DNA of 38,177 bases, from NCBI GenBank assembly GCA_964618805.1, contig CAZUBM010000003.1, forward strand, positions 88,749 through 126,925. Reading direction: 5' to 3'. The DNA is from an uncultured Nitrososphaerota archaeon (GTDB lineage Archaea > Korarchaeota > Korarchaeia > Korarchaeales > Korarchaeaceae). The notes under the pieces are model-generated. The model was given only the letters and a program-made list of their open reading frames with translations, made no database searches and had not been told where the DNA came from. The position numbers and the translations under genes were made by a program. Below, piece after piece: positions 9,246-17,888 of the stretch (its first letter is position 1; each line of letters starts with the position of its first letter).

Positions 9246-9473
9246 ATGGGAAGAAGGAGAAGGATGAGAAGAGTAGTTAGGCGCACAATAAAGCCAGAGA
9301 TGTTTCGATGCCCTGCCTGTCATCATAACTCCATCATTATAGACCTTAACAAAAAGGAAAACAGGGCAGATATACGTTGTCTTGAGTGTGGTCTTCATGA
9401 AGTGCTCGAAATAGATCCTGAAGAGGAAGACGTCGATGTTTACACAAGATTTTATGATATGTTTTATGAGTAA
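9246..9473 (+). CDS. elf1: Transcription elongation factor Elf1
   Basis: MGRRRR basic N-terminus, FRCPAC...CLECG zinc ribbon and VDVYTRFYD. ATG at 9246 preferred. Confidence 0.92.
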   Translation: MGRRRRMRRVVRRTIKPEMFRCPACHHNSIIIDLNKKENRADIRCLECGLHEVLEIDPEEEDVDVYTRFYDMFYE

Positions 9474-10042
9474 GTATGTATCTTCGTCCTTTCATAGCCC
9501 ATTTCAACTGCTTTTTCGTTAACCTGAAGGAGGGGGCCTTTAATTAGTTCTTTAATCGCTTGTTTTACGCTATTTAGACTTGCAAGCCCAGTTGCCTTTA
9601 TGACTGCCCCAACCATCACAGTATTAGGCACAGGAAGGCCAGCTACAGCTAAACCTAAATCAACGGCTATGGAGGTTGCCGCTACTGTAGCTACCTTCGA
9701 GGCCCCTCTGACCTCGATATCTTCGGGATTTCTCTCAGTGTTAACTACTAGAATCCCTCCTTCTTTAAAGCCCTCTATTGCCTTTGGTATTGAGAGAAAT
9801 AAGGGATCCAAAAATACAAGAACATCGGGAGAGTATATCTGACTTCTCAACTTTATTGGTTCATCTGAAATCCTTGAGAAGGCCGTTACTGGAGCTCCTC
9901 TCCTTTCAGCTCCGAAAAATGGGAATGCTTGTGTCCATTTCCCTTCTAAAAAACAAGCTTTTGCCAAGATTCTTGATGCTAGGACTGCTCCTTGTCCTCC
10001 TCTCCCGTGCCAACGAATTTCCGTAATCTTTCTCATGCTCAT
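9464..10042 (-). CDS. porG: Pyruvate/2-oxoacid:ferredoxin oxidoreductase gamma subunit
   Basis: EIRWHGRGGQGAV, QAFPFFGAERRGAPV and PNTVMVGA. Start is probably the ATG at 10042 or 10036. Confidence 0.93.
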   Translation of the reverse strand: MSMRKITEIRWHGRGGQGAVLASRILAKACFLEGKWTQAFPFFGAERRGAPVTAFSRISDEPIKLRSQIYSPDVLVFLDPLFLSIPKAIEGFKEGGILVVNTERNPEDIEVRGASKVATVAATSIAVDLGLAVAGLPVPNTVMVGAVIKATGLASLNSVKQAIKELIKGPLLQVNEKAVEMGYERTKIHTYS

Positions 10043-10067
10043 CAATCTTGTTTGATCCAATGTTAAA

Positions 10068-10077
10068 ACTTTTAAAC
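10068..10077. promoter_or_regulatory. Probable TATA box in the porG / rpoH divergent gap
   Basis: TTTTAAA lies about 30 nt from the porG ATG and just upstream of the structured rpoH leader. Confidence 0.45.
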
Positions 10078-10100
10078 CCATTTCAGCATACTCCAAGTAA

Positions 10101-10190
10101 CCTCGCGCCCCCGGGGGGTGTGATGGCTTTCGAGTTAATAATGAGAAGGCCTGTATTTCATTGGATTCCCTATCTCTGGGGTGGGTAATT
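10101..10190 (+). ncRNA. Candidate structured 5' leader or small RNA upstream of rpoH
   Basis: Two adjacent hairpins with G-U pairs that form only on the + strand (10103-10123 and 10125-10151). The second has a GA...UGA K-loop-like cap. Confidence 0.4.
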
Positions 10191-10192
10191 AG

Positions 10193-10504
10193 ATGAGTAA
10201 GAAAGAAGAAAGACGTTTTGATCTAATGAAGCACAAACTTGTGCCTAAGCATGTTATTGTATCAGAAAAGGAGAAGGAAGAAGTGATAAGAAAGTACGGT
10301 CCCCTGAAGTACTTCCCTAAAATTTCTGCTAAAGATCCGATAGTCCAGGAGATTGGTGCAAAGCCTGGAGACTTGATTAGAATTGAGAGACCCGATTCTA
10401 TTGTTCCATTTTATCGTGTGGTTGAAGGAATTCCTTTAGTAGTTCCCCGGGCGGCTAAGGAGAAGATCAGGGAAGAATTTTCTGATATTGAGGTGGAGGG
10501 TTAG
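10193..10504 (+). CDS. rpoH: DNA-directed RNA polymerase subunit Rpo5 (H), with C-terminal extension
   Basis: HKLVPKH, PKISAKDP, GAKPGDLIRIER and YRVV motifs. First gene of the RNAP operon. Confidence 0.96.
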   Translation: MSKKEERRFDLMKHKLVPKHVIVSEKEKEEVIRKYGPLKYFPKISAKDPIVQEIGAKPGDLIRIERPDSIVPFYRVVEGIPLVVPRAAKEKIREEFSDIEVEG

Positions 10505-10507
10505 AAG

Positions 10508-13500
10508 CTGGCTACAAATAACGAGAATTTTGAGGTTTCTGAAGATATTGATTTTTATCCTATTGTAAAGGCCTACTTTAGAGAGCATTCCCTCGTAGAT
10601 CCACAAATAGAGTCCTTCAATAGGTTCTTAGAGAGAGGTTTGCAGGAAGTAGTTGATTCTCTAGGGGAGATAGAGCTTATCGAGGGGTACAAGCTTATCC
10701 TAGGAAAAATTGAGGTTGGAGAACCAGAAATAACAGAATTTGATGGCTCTAGGACATCAGTTACTCCAATGGAAGCTCGAATTAGAAAGCTTACCTATCA
10801 AGCACCTCTCTATTTGGAGATAAAGGTATATGGAGCGGGAATGGAACTTCATAGAGAGAGCGTCAAGATAGGTTACCTTCCTTTGATGGTTAAGTCTAAG
10901 AAATGCATCCTACATGGGCTTTCCTCAGAGGAGCTAGCTGAGCTAGGTGAAGATCCTTTAGATCCAGGAGGTTATTTCATAGTAAATGGATCAGAAAGAG
11001 TGCTTGTGATGCGAGATGATATAGCTCCCAATAAGATAATTGTGGAAGAGAAGCCAGCAAAGAGCAAGGCATATTCACACGTAGCTCAGGTAATCTCAAG
11101 TAAGGCTGGATTAAGAAGCAGGCTCTTCCTGGAGTACTATCCACGTGATGGCACGATAAAGGCCTCCTTCTGGACTTTAACAAAAATTCCTGTGGCCATC
11201 CTTCTTAAAGCCCTTGGGCTGGAAAGAGACGCCGACATCCTAAAGGCAATCTCAAGCGATGAAGAAATTGCAAATATGTTCATATACAGCTTAGGAGACG
11301 CTGTCAGGAAGCTGATGCTTGGAAAAAAGATGGAAGGAGAGACCATAAGGGAAATGGCATTGGACTACATAGGGAGAAGGCTCGCAAGAGGAGCTCCGAA
11401 GAGAGATAGGATAGCTATTGCAAAGGATTTCCTTCAGAACAGGTTCCTGATACATATCGGGACCACTGAGGCTGATAACATAAAGAAAGCATATTACCTA
11501 ACTAAAATGATCGAGAAACTACTTAAGGTGGTTAGTGGCAGGCAGCCTCCTGACGATAGAGACCATTTCGCCAATAAGAGAATAAGATTGGCAGGAGATC
11601 TGATGCAGGAAGCCTTTAGGTATGCATTCTACCAGCTTGTCCTTAGGACCAGAAGGAAGGCAGAGGCCTTGATAAGCAGCGGCGTATATGAAATAAGTCC
11701 AAGGAGGTTGGTGTCTGGAGAAGGTCAGATTACAAGCAAATTAATCAGTTGTCTCTCAACGGGAATATGGCCAAGGGGCGAGCTAGGAATAAGCCAGAAC
11801 CTGGACAGAACTAACTACATAGCAACACTACAGCATTTGAGAAGGGTTAATTCGCCACTTCCATCCGGTCTTCCACTTCATGAGGCAAGACAGATTCACG
11901 GAACATCAATCGGGAGGCTTTGTCCACTTGAAACTCCTGAGGGGACGAATGTGGGCCTCGTAAGAACCTTAGCTACTTTTGCTGATGTTACTTTTGGGAT
12001 AGATCCCAAGCCCATAATCGAAATGCTGTATGAACTAGGAGTAAAGCCGATTGAGGAAGCTACCCCTGAGGAAGTTGGTTCTCTAACTCCTGTCTTCGTA
12101 AATGGTAATATAGTAGGGCTTACAGACTCTCCAAAGGAGATAATAGCGAAACTTAAGCAAAGGAGATCAGAACTCGATCCCGAAGTAAACATGGCTTACC
12201 GAGAGGAAGAAAACACTGTAATAATTAATGCTGACGAAGGAAGGGCTAGAAGGCCACTTATCCCTGTTAACAAGATTAAGGAAGCTATATCTCTCTTAAA
12301 TAAGGTTGAATCAGGCGAGATAAAGTTCTCAGACCTTGTTAAGATGGGAATTGTAGAGCTGCTCGATGCAGATGAAGAGGAATCGGCTCTGATCGCTCAG
12401 AGTATTGATGAGATCACTCCTGAGCACACCCATCTAGACTTTGCTCCTTACATGATGTTTGGAGTTGCCGCAGGAGAGATCCCCTTTGCAGAACACAACG
12501 CAATTCCGAGGGATATCATAGGTAGTAACATGATAAGGCAGGGCCTAGGACCTTACTCCACAAATTGGAGACTTAGAATGGATAGCAGGGCCTTCTTGCT
12601 CTACTATCCTCAAAGACCGATAGTCAGAACAAGGATTGATGAGATCACAGGGTATTATCTGAGACCTTCTGGACAGAACCTTGTTGTAGCACTCCTTCCA
12701 ATGGATGGCTATAACATGGATGATGCCCTTGTGATGAACAAAGGCTCAATAGATCGAGGATTGGCCAGAGGAATATTCTTCAGGACATATGAGGCTGTTG
12801 CAAAAAGACAAGCTATTGTGGAAGGCGATAGGTTCGAGAACCCCTATCCTCTTGATGGAGTAATGGGAAAGAGGGAGGAGGACAATTACAAGAAATTAGA
12901 TGATGATGGAATAGTAAGTCCAGAGACAGAAGTTGTTGGAGGAGATGTTCTAATAGGAAGAACAAGTCCTCCTAGATTTTCTCCTGAACTTATTGGTGGA
13001 GGAGGGATGCCCTATGCATTTGAGAGAAGGGATACCTCCGTAAGCATGAGAGCATGGGAGGAGGGAGTGATCTCAGACGTCGTTCTTGCAACTACTATAG
13101 AAGGAGAGAAGATGGTAAGAGTAACGGTGAGAGACACAAGGCCCCCCGAAATAGGAGACAAGTTTGCCACAAGACATGGTCAGAAAGGAGTAATTGGAAT
13201 GATATATAACCAGGAGGACATGCCATTTACTGAAGAAGGTATAACTCCTGACATAATACTGGATCCCCATGCAATTCCGTCTAGAATGACGATAGGTCAG
13301 TTGATAGAAATACTTGCAGGCAAGGTAGGAGCTTTAGAGGGCAGATTTGTGGACGGTACTCCCTTCATATCAGAGGAGATTGAAGATTTGGAAGAAGCTC
13401 TCAAGAAGCTGGGCTTTGAGCCATCCGGCAAGGAAGTAATGTACGATGGAAGAACTGGTAAAATGATTCAAGCAAAGATATTCATCGGAATAAGCTTCTA

Positions 13501-13891
13501 TCAGAGGCTAAAGCACATGGTAAAGGATAAGATCCATGCCAGAGCTAGGGGCCAGGTTCAGGTTCTGACAAGACAGCCTGTAGAAGGAAGGGCAAGGGGA
13601 GGAGGCTTAAGACTTGGAGAGATGGAGGGAGAAGTCTTACTCGCACATGGTGCAGCAGCTAGCTTAAGAGATAGGTATATTGAGAGCTCCGATAAGACTC
13701 TTGTTTATGTCTGTAAGAAGTGCGGATCTTTAGCCTTCTTCAACTCACTTACAAACTCCTTCTTCTGTCCGAGATGTAGGGAGGCTGTTGAGGTGATGCC
13801 CTGGATCACAGGTTATGCAACAGTGCTCTTTACACAGGAACTAATGACAGGACTTATAGATGTAAGGCTGCGGGTGGAGGAGGATCTTTGA
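10508..13891 (+). CDS. rpoB: DNA-directed RNA polymerase subunit Rpo2 (B), unsplit; probable non-canonical CTG start
   Basis: DPGGYFIVNGSERV, GRLCPLETPEG, GDKFATRHGQKG, PHAIPSRMT, GGLRLGEME. The conserved N-terminus (IVKAYFREHSLVDPQIESFNRFLERGLQ) lies upstream of the track start at 10640. The start coordinate is inferred. Confidence 0.96.
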   Translation: MATNNENFEVSEDIDFYPIVKAYFREHSLVDPQIESFNRFLERGLQEVVDSLGEIELIEGYKLILGKIEVGEPEITEFDGSRTSVTPMEARIRKLTYQAPLYLEIKVYGAGMELHRESVKIGYLPLMVKSKKCILHGLSSEELAELGEDPLDPGGYFIVNGSERVLVMRDDIAPNKIIVEEKPAKSKAYSHVAQVISSKAGLRSRLFLEYYPRDGTIKASFWTLTKIPVAILLKALGLERDADILKAISSDEEIANMFIYSLGDAVRKLMLGKKMEGETIREMALDYIGRRLARGAPKRDRIAIAKDFLQNRFLIHIGTTEADNIKKAYYLTKMIEKLLKVVSGRQPPDDRDHFANKRIRLAGDLMQEAFRYAFYQLVLRTRRKAEALISSGVYEISPRRLVSGEGQITSKLISCLSTGIWPRGELGISQNLDRTNYIATLQHLRRVNSPLPSGLPLHEARQIHGTSIGRLCPLETPEGTNVGLVRTLATFADVTFGIDPKPIIEMLYELGVKPIEEATPEEVGSLTPVFVNGNIVGLTDSPKEIIAKLKQRRSELDPEVNMAYREEENTVIINADEGRARRPLIPVNKIKEAISLLNKVESGEIKFSDLVKMGIVELLDADEEESALIAQSIDEITPEHTHLDFAPYMMFGVAAGEIPFAEHNAIPRDIIGSNMIRQGLGPYSTNWRLRMDSRAFLLYYPQRPIVRTRIDEITGYYLRPSGQNLVVALLPMDGYNMDDALVMNKGSIDRGLARGIFFRTYEAVAKRQAIVEGDRFENPYPLDGVMGKREEDNYKKLDDDGIVSPETEVVGGDVLIGRTSPPRFSPELIGGGGMPYAFERRDTSVSMRAWEEGVISDVVLATTIEGEKMVRVTVRDTRPPEIGDKFATRHGQKGVIGMIYNQEDMPFTEEGITPDIILDPHAIPSRMTIGQLIEILAGKVGALEGRFVDGTPFISEEIEDLEEALKKLGFEPSGKEVMYDGRTGKMIQAKIFIGISFYQRLKHMVKDKIHARARGQVQVLTRQPVEGRARGGGLRLGEMEGEVLLAHGAAASLRDRYIESSDKTLVYVCKKCGSLAFFNSLTNSFFCPRCREAVEVMPWITGYATVLFTQELMTGLIDVRLRVEEDL

Positions 13892-13904
13892 GGGAGGTGC
13901 CCAT

Positions 13905-16900
13905 ATGTCTTCATTAATAACTCCCTCTCCTAGAAGGGAAGAAGCCATCAGCTATGTGCTAAGGGGACTTCAATTTGGGCTGATGTCCCCTCAAGACATT
14001 AGAAAAATAGGTATGATAGAGATCAGAGAGCCTGCTGCTTACGATGAGGCTGGCATGCCCGTTCAGGGTGGAGTCCTTGATCCAAGGTTAGGGACCATAA
14101 ATCCAAGACAGAGATGTCCCACTTGTGGCAATTATCCGCAGCATTGCCCAGGTCATTTTGGAAGGATAGAACTCGCAAAACCAGTCATTAATATAGGGTA
14201 TTCGAGGTTATTGAAGTACATTCTTAACATGACCTGCCCTCAATGCGGCAAGGTTTTACTTCCGGATAATGAGAGAAAGGAATTAATTAGGAAGGCAAGG
14301 AAGTTCTGGGAAGAGCATCCGAATAAGAAAATAGATGATGAGATATTCAAGGAAGCCCAAAAGAAGATAAACAAATACCTAAGTAAATCGGATAAATGCC
14401 CCCATTGCGGTGCGAGAGTTGAACTCGTAGACCTAAAAGAGTTCTATAAGTTCATAGTTAAGGAACCAGAACCCAGACGATTATGGCCTAACGAGATCAG
14501 GGATAGACTTGAGAGGATACCTGACGAAGATGCTATGATCTTAGGGTTCAATCCTGAAAGAGCCAGACCCGAATGGATTGTAATAACAGTCCTATTAGTG
14601 CCTCCTCCCACCGTTAGGCCTTCCATATTCCTCGAAACTGGGGAAAGATCTGAAGACGATCTAACCCATCTTCTTGTGGACATAATTAAGGCAAATCAGA
14701 AATTGAGTGAATCTATTGCCTCCGGAGCTCCTGATAGCGTTATAGAAGGTGAATGGGAGCTACTTCAGTATTCGGTAGCTGTCTTTTTCCACAATGCAGC
14801 TACTGGTTTGCCTGTAGCTACGCAAAGGGGAAGTAACAGGCCTTTAAAGGCCTTATTCCAGAGATTGAGTGGGAAAGAGGGAAGATTAAGGAAGAACTTG
14901 ATAGGAAAGAGGGTTGATTTCTCCAGCAGAACTGTAATATCTCCTGATCCTATGATAGGTGTTGATGAAGTTGGCGTTCCTGTTGAAATAGCTAAGGTTC
15001 TTACAATTCCAGAATATGTAAATGAATGGAACATAGAGCAGCTAAAGGATCTCGTTTTGAGGGGGCCAAATGAGTACCCTGGCGCTAACTACATAAGGAA
15101 GAAGGGAGAGACAAGGCCCATAAGCCTTAAGGTACTGAAAAGAGATGTTTTAGAGAGGGAAGCAGAGGCATTAGAGCCAGGAGATGTCGTTGAAAGACAT
15201 CTCCTAAATGGAGACTACGTTCTATTTAACAGACAACCTTCTCTTCACAAGCTCTCCATGATGAGCCATAAGGTTAGGGTTCTACCGGGTTCAACCTTTA
15301 GGGTCAACCCTGGGGCATGTGTTCCATATAATGCAGATTTCGACGGAGACGAGATGAATCTCCACGCTCTACAGCTAATGGAGGCAAGGATTGAAGCAGA
15401 GGAATTGATGAGTGTGAAAAAGAACTTGTTGTCTCCAAGAACTGGGGGCTCGATTATTGGAGCAAAGCAGGATCTCATATCTGCTGCATACATTTTGACT
15501 AAGAAAGGCTCCGTTTACACACGTGAGGAAACCTGTGACATCCTAGCAAAGGCTGGCATTACAGAGCTACCAGAGCCAGCCATAAAGAAGCCCGTCGAGC
15601 TATGGACAGGTAAGCAGATTTTCTCTGCCCTCCTGCCTAAAGGTCTTATGTTCGAAGGAAGAGCTGCTGTCTGTGAGGGATGCAGTAAGTGCCTCAAAGA
15701 GGCATGTCCCTACGATGCATATGTTATCATAAAGAACGGAGAGCTCTTAAGAGGGGTTATTGACGATGACATTATCGGCACCCTTGTAAAGGCTAAGTTA
15801 ACGCTAATTGACGTCATAATTAGAGACTATGGGGAGGATGAAGCAGTTAATTTCCTAAACAGAACCATAAGAATGCTTGCTAAGATAGCAGAACTTCAAG
15901 GCATAACGATGTCCCTTAACGAGCTTAGGATGCCAAAGGACTTCTATAAAAAGCTGAGCGAAGTCTTTGAGACGGCATATAAGGATACTTTGGAGAGAGT
16001 TAAGGAATTTGAAACCAGAAGAGCAAGAGTAAGGATGCCCAGAACTAAGGAGGAGATCATAAGGGCATTAATGGAGGAAAGGCTTCTTGACTTTAAGATC
16101 ACAAAGACACTTGACAAGCTGAGGTCTGAGGTTCATGATCTTGTTAAGAGGTATGCAGATCCAAACAGCGACCCGATAATAATGGCAAAAACTGGCGCTA
16201 GAGGTTCTCTCTCAAATCTAGCTCAGGTTGTAGGTTCTGTCTGGCAACAATCCGTTAAGAGTAAAATTGGTTTCGTTTTAACAAGTGGTAGACCTAGGAA
16301 GGGGTTCAAGGATAGGGTCCTATCTTACTTTAAGCCTGGAGATCTTACTTTGGAGGCAAGGGGTTTCGTTAAAAACGGGTATTATGTTGGACTGCGGCCA
16401 GCAGAATTCATCTTTCACTCTATGGCAAGCAGAGATAGCTTGATAGATAAGGGAAGAAGAACGCAGGATAGTGGATACTTCTACAGGAGGATTGCAAACG
16501 CCTTAAAAGACCTATACGTAGCATATGATGGTACAGTTAGGGATTCAGAAGGCAGGATATTCCAATTTCTATTTGGCGGAGACGGATTAGATCCGTTAAA
16601 GATGTTTAGAGGCCATTTAGTCGATTATGATTCGATAATCTCAAAGTTTGTAGAACCTAAACGAGGAGCATCTTTGAAGAAGCTTAAAAAGCTTGTTGAG
16701 AAGAAAGGTTCACCTATAGAACTCGCAGAAAAGCTTTACAAAGCAAAAGCAACTCTTGCAGAGGCAGAAAAGGTAATCGAAGAGGTTAAGAAGAGTATGG
16801 AAAGGGCAAAGATAGAACCTCTCACCCCAATAGGGATAATCTGCGCTCAAAGCATAGCAGAGCCAACAACTCAGATGGTATTGAGAACATTCCATGCGCC

Positions 16901-17888
16901 AGGAGTACTTGCTATGGACGTTACTAGGGGGGTAGAGAGGTTCAAAGAGATAGTTTTCTATGCGAGAACCAGTACTCCCATAATGAAGATCTATTTGAAG
17001 CCAGAGTGGAGCAAAGATGAAGAAAAGGTAAAGGAAGCCATCAGAAGGATAAAAGAGACAACTGTTAAGGACCTAATAACAGAATATAGGATAGATAACA
17101 GAGCTTTCGAGCTGATATTAAAGCCTCACAAGGAAAGGCTTGAGAAGGCAGGTTTAGACATGGAAAAGTTCATCTCATTGATTGAAAAGAAAGTTAAGAG
17201 GATCAGAGGAACTGTTGAACGAAGAGGAGACTCCATAGTAGTAAATATGAGGGAATTAGCAAAGCCAGGTGAGGAGTACAACTATCAAGCCCTCAGAAAG
17301 TGGTCTATGATGGTTGTGAGTGAGAGAATAGGAGGAATAAAAGGGATAAAGCAGGCAGTAGCTGAGCTTGTTAAAACTGAGAAGGGAGAGGAGTTCGTTA
17401 TAACAACACAAGGATCTAACCTAAAAGAGGTGTTAAAACTCGAATTTGTTGATCCTACAAGGACGACAACCAATGATTGTTCTGAGATAGCAGAAGTCTT
17501 CGGGATTGAAGCCGCCAGACAAAGTCTCTTGAACGAATTGTGGGAGGTCCTGAAGGAGCAAGGTCTTGAGGTTGATAGGCGCTATATCTCGTTAATTGCA
17601 GACGCTATGACTAGGAATGGAAACATAGAAGCAGTCAGGCTATCTGCGATGCACATACCTTCAGGATATTTCTCAGTAGCTAAGAGCCCATTGAGTCAGA
17701 TGGCTTTTGAGTGGACAAGACATGTAGCTTTGATTGCGGCACGCAAGGGAGAGGACAATCCAATAAACTCTCCTTTAGATGCGATAATTACGGGACAGAT
17801 TCCTCCCGTTGGAACTGGTATGGTCTCAGTTAGATGGGACTGGAAAAAGGCTAAGGAATTGTTAGCAGAGGTGGGAAGGAGTGTCTGA
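13905..17888 (+). CDS. rpoA: DNA-directed RNA polymerase subunit Rpo1 (A), unsplit A'+A''
   Basis: CPGHFGRIEL, LSGKEGRLRKNLIGKRVDFS, NRQPSLH, catalytic YNADFDGDEMN, then the A''-type AQSIAEPTTQMVLRTFH in the same ORF. Confidence 0.98.
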   Translation: MSSLITPSPRREEAISYVLRGLQFGLMSPQDIRKIGMIEIREPAAYDEAGMPVQGGVLDPRLGTINPRQRCPTCGNYPQHCPGHFGRIELAKPVINIGYSRLLKYILNMTCPQCGKVLLPDNERKELIRKARKFWEEHPNKKIDDEIFKEAQKKINKYLSKSDKCPHCGARVELVDLKEFYKFIVKEPEPRRLWPNEIRDRLERIPDEDAMILGFNPERARPEWIVITVLLVPPPTVRPSIFLETGERSEDDLTHLLVDIIKANQKLSESIASGAPDSVIEGEWELLQYSVAVFFHNAATGLPVATQRGSNRPLKALFQRLSGKEGRLRKNLIGKRVDFSSRTVISPDPMIGVDEVGVPVEIAKVLTIPEYVNEWNIEQLKDLVLRGPNEYPGANYIRKKGETRPISLKVLKRDVLEREAEALEPGDVVERHLLNGDYVLFNRQPSLHKLSMMSHKVRVLPGSTFRVNPGACVPYNADFDGDEMNLHALQLMEARIEAEELMSVKKNLLSPRTGGSIIGAKQDLISAAYILTKKGSVYTREETCDILAKAGITELPEPAIKKPVELWTGKQIFSALLPKGLMFEGRAAVCEGCSKCLKEACPYDAYVIIKNGELLRGVIDDDIIGTLVKAKLTLIDVIIRDYGEDEAVNFLNRTIRMLAKIAELQGITMSLNELRMPKDFYKKLSEVFETAYKDTLERVKEFETRRARVRMPRTKEEIIRALMEERLLDFKITKTLDKLRSEVHDLVKRYADPNSDPIIMAKTGARGSLSNLAQVVGSVWQQSVKSKIGFVLTSGRPRKGFKDRVLSYFKPGDLTLEARGFVKNGYYVGLRPAEFIFHSMASRDSLIDKGRRTQDSGYFYRRIANALKDLYVAYDGTVRDSEGRIFQFLFGGDGLDPLKMFRGHLVDYDSIISKFVEPKRGASLKKLKKLVEKKGSPIELAEKLYKAKATLAEAEKVIEEVKKSMERAKIEPLTPIGIICAQSIAEPTTQMVLRTFHAPGVLAMDVTRGVERFKEIVFYARTSTPIMKIYLKPEWSKDEEKVKEAIRRIKETTVKDLITEYRIDNRAFELILKPHKERLEKAGLDMEKFISLIEKKVKRIRGTVERRGDSIVVNMRELAKPGEEYNYQALRKWSMMVVSERIGGIKGIKQAVAELVKTEKGEEFVITTQGSNLKEVLKLEFVDPTRTTTNDCSEIAEVFGIEAARQSLLNELWEVLKEQGLEVDRRYISLIADAMTRNGNIEAVRLSAMHIPSGYFSVAKSPLSQMAFEWTRHVALIAARKGEDNPINSPLDAIITGQIPPVGTGMVSVRWDWKKAKELLAEVGRSV

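Noticed and set aside
10502-10504. Genome-wide amber recoding (pyrrolysine)
   Set aside because: TAG ends PCNA, L30e, Sm and fibrillarin at their expected C-termini, and no pyl genes are in the window. It is kept only as a minor alternative for the rpoH-rpoB junction.
5673-17888. Inteins in DP2, Rpo1 or Rpo2
   Set aside because: Protein lengths are normal and the usual insertion sites (e.g. RRNADGDED, NADFDGD) are uninterrupted.
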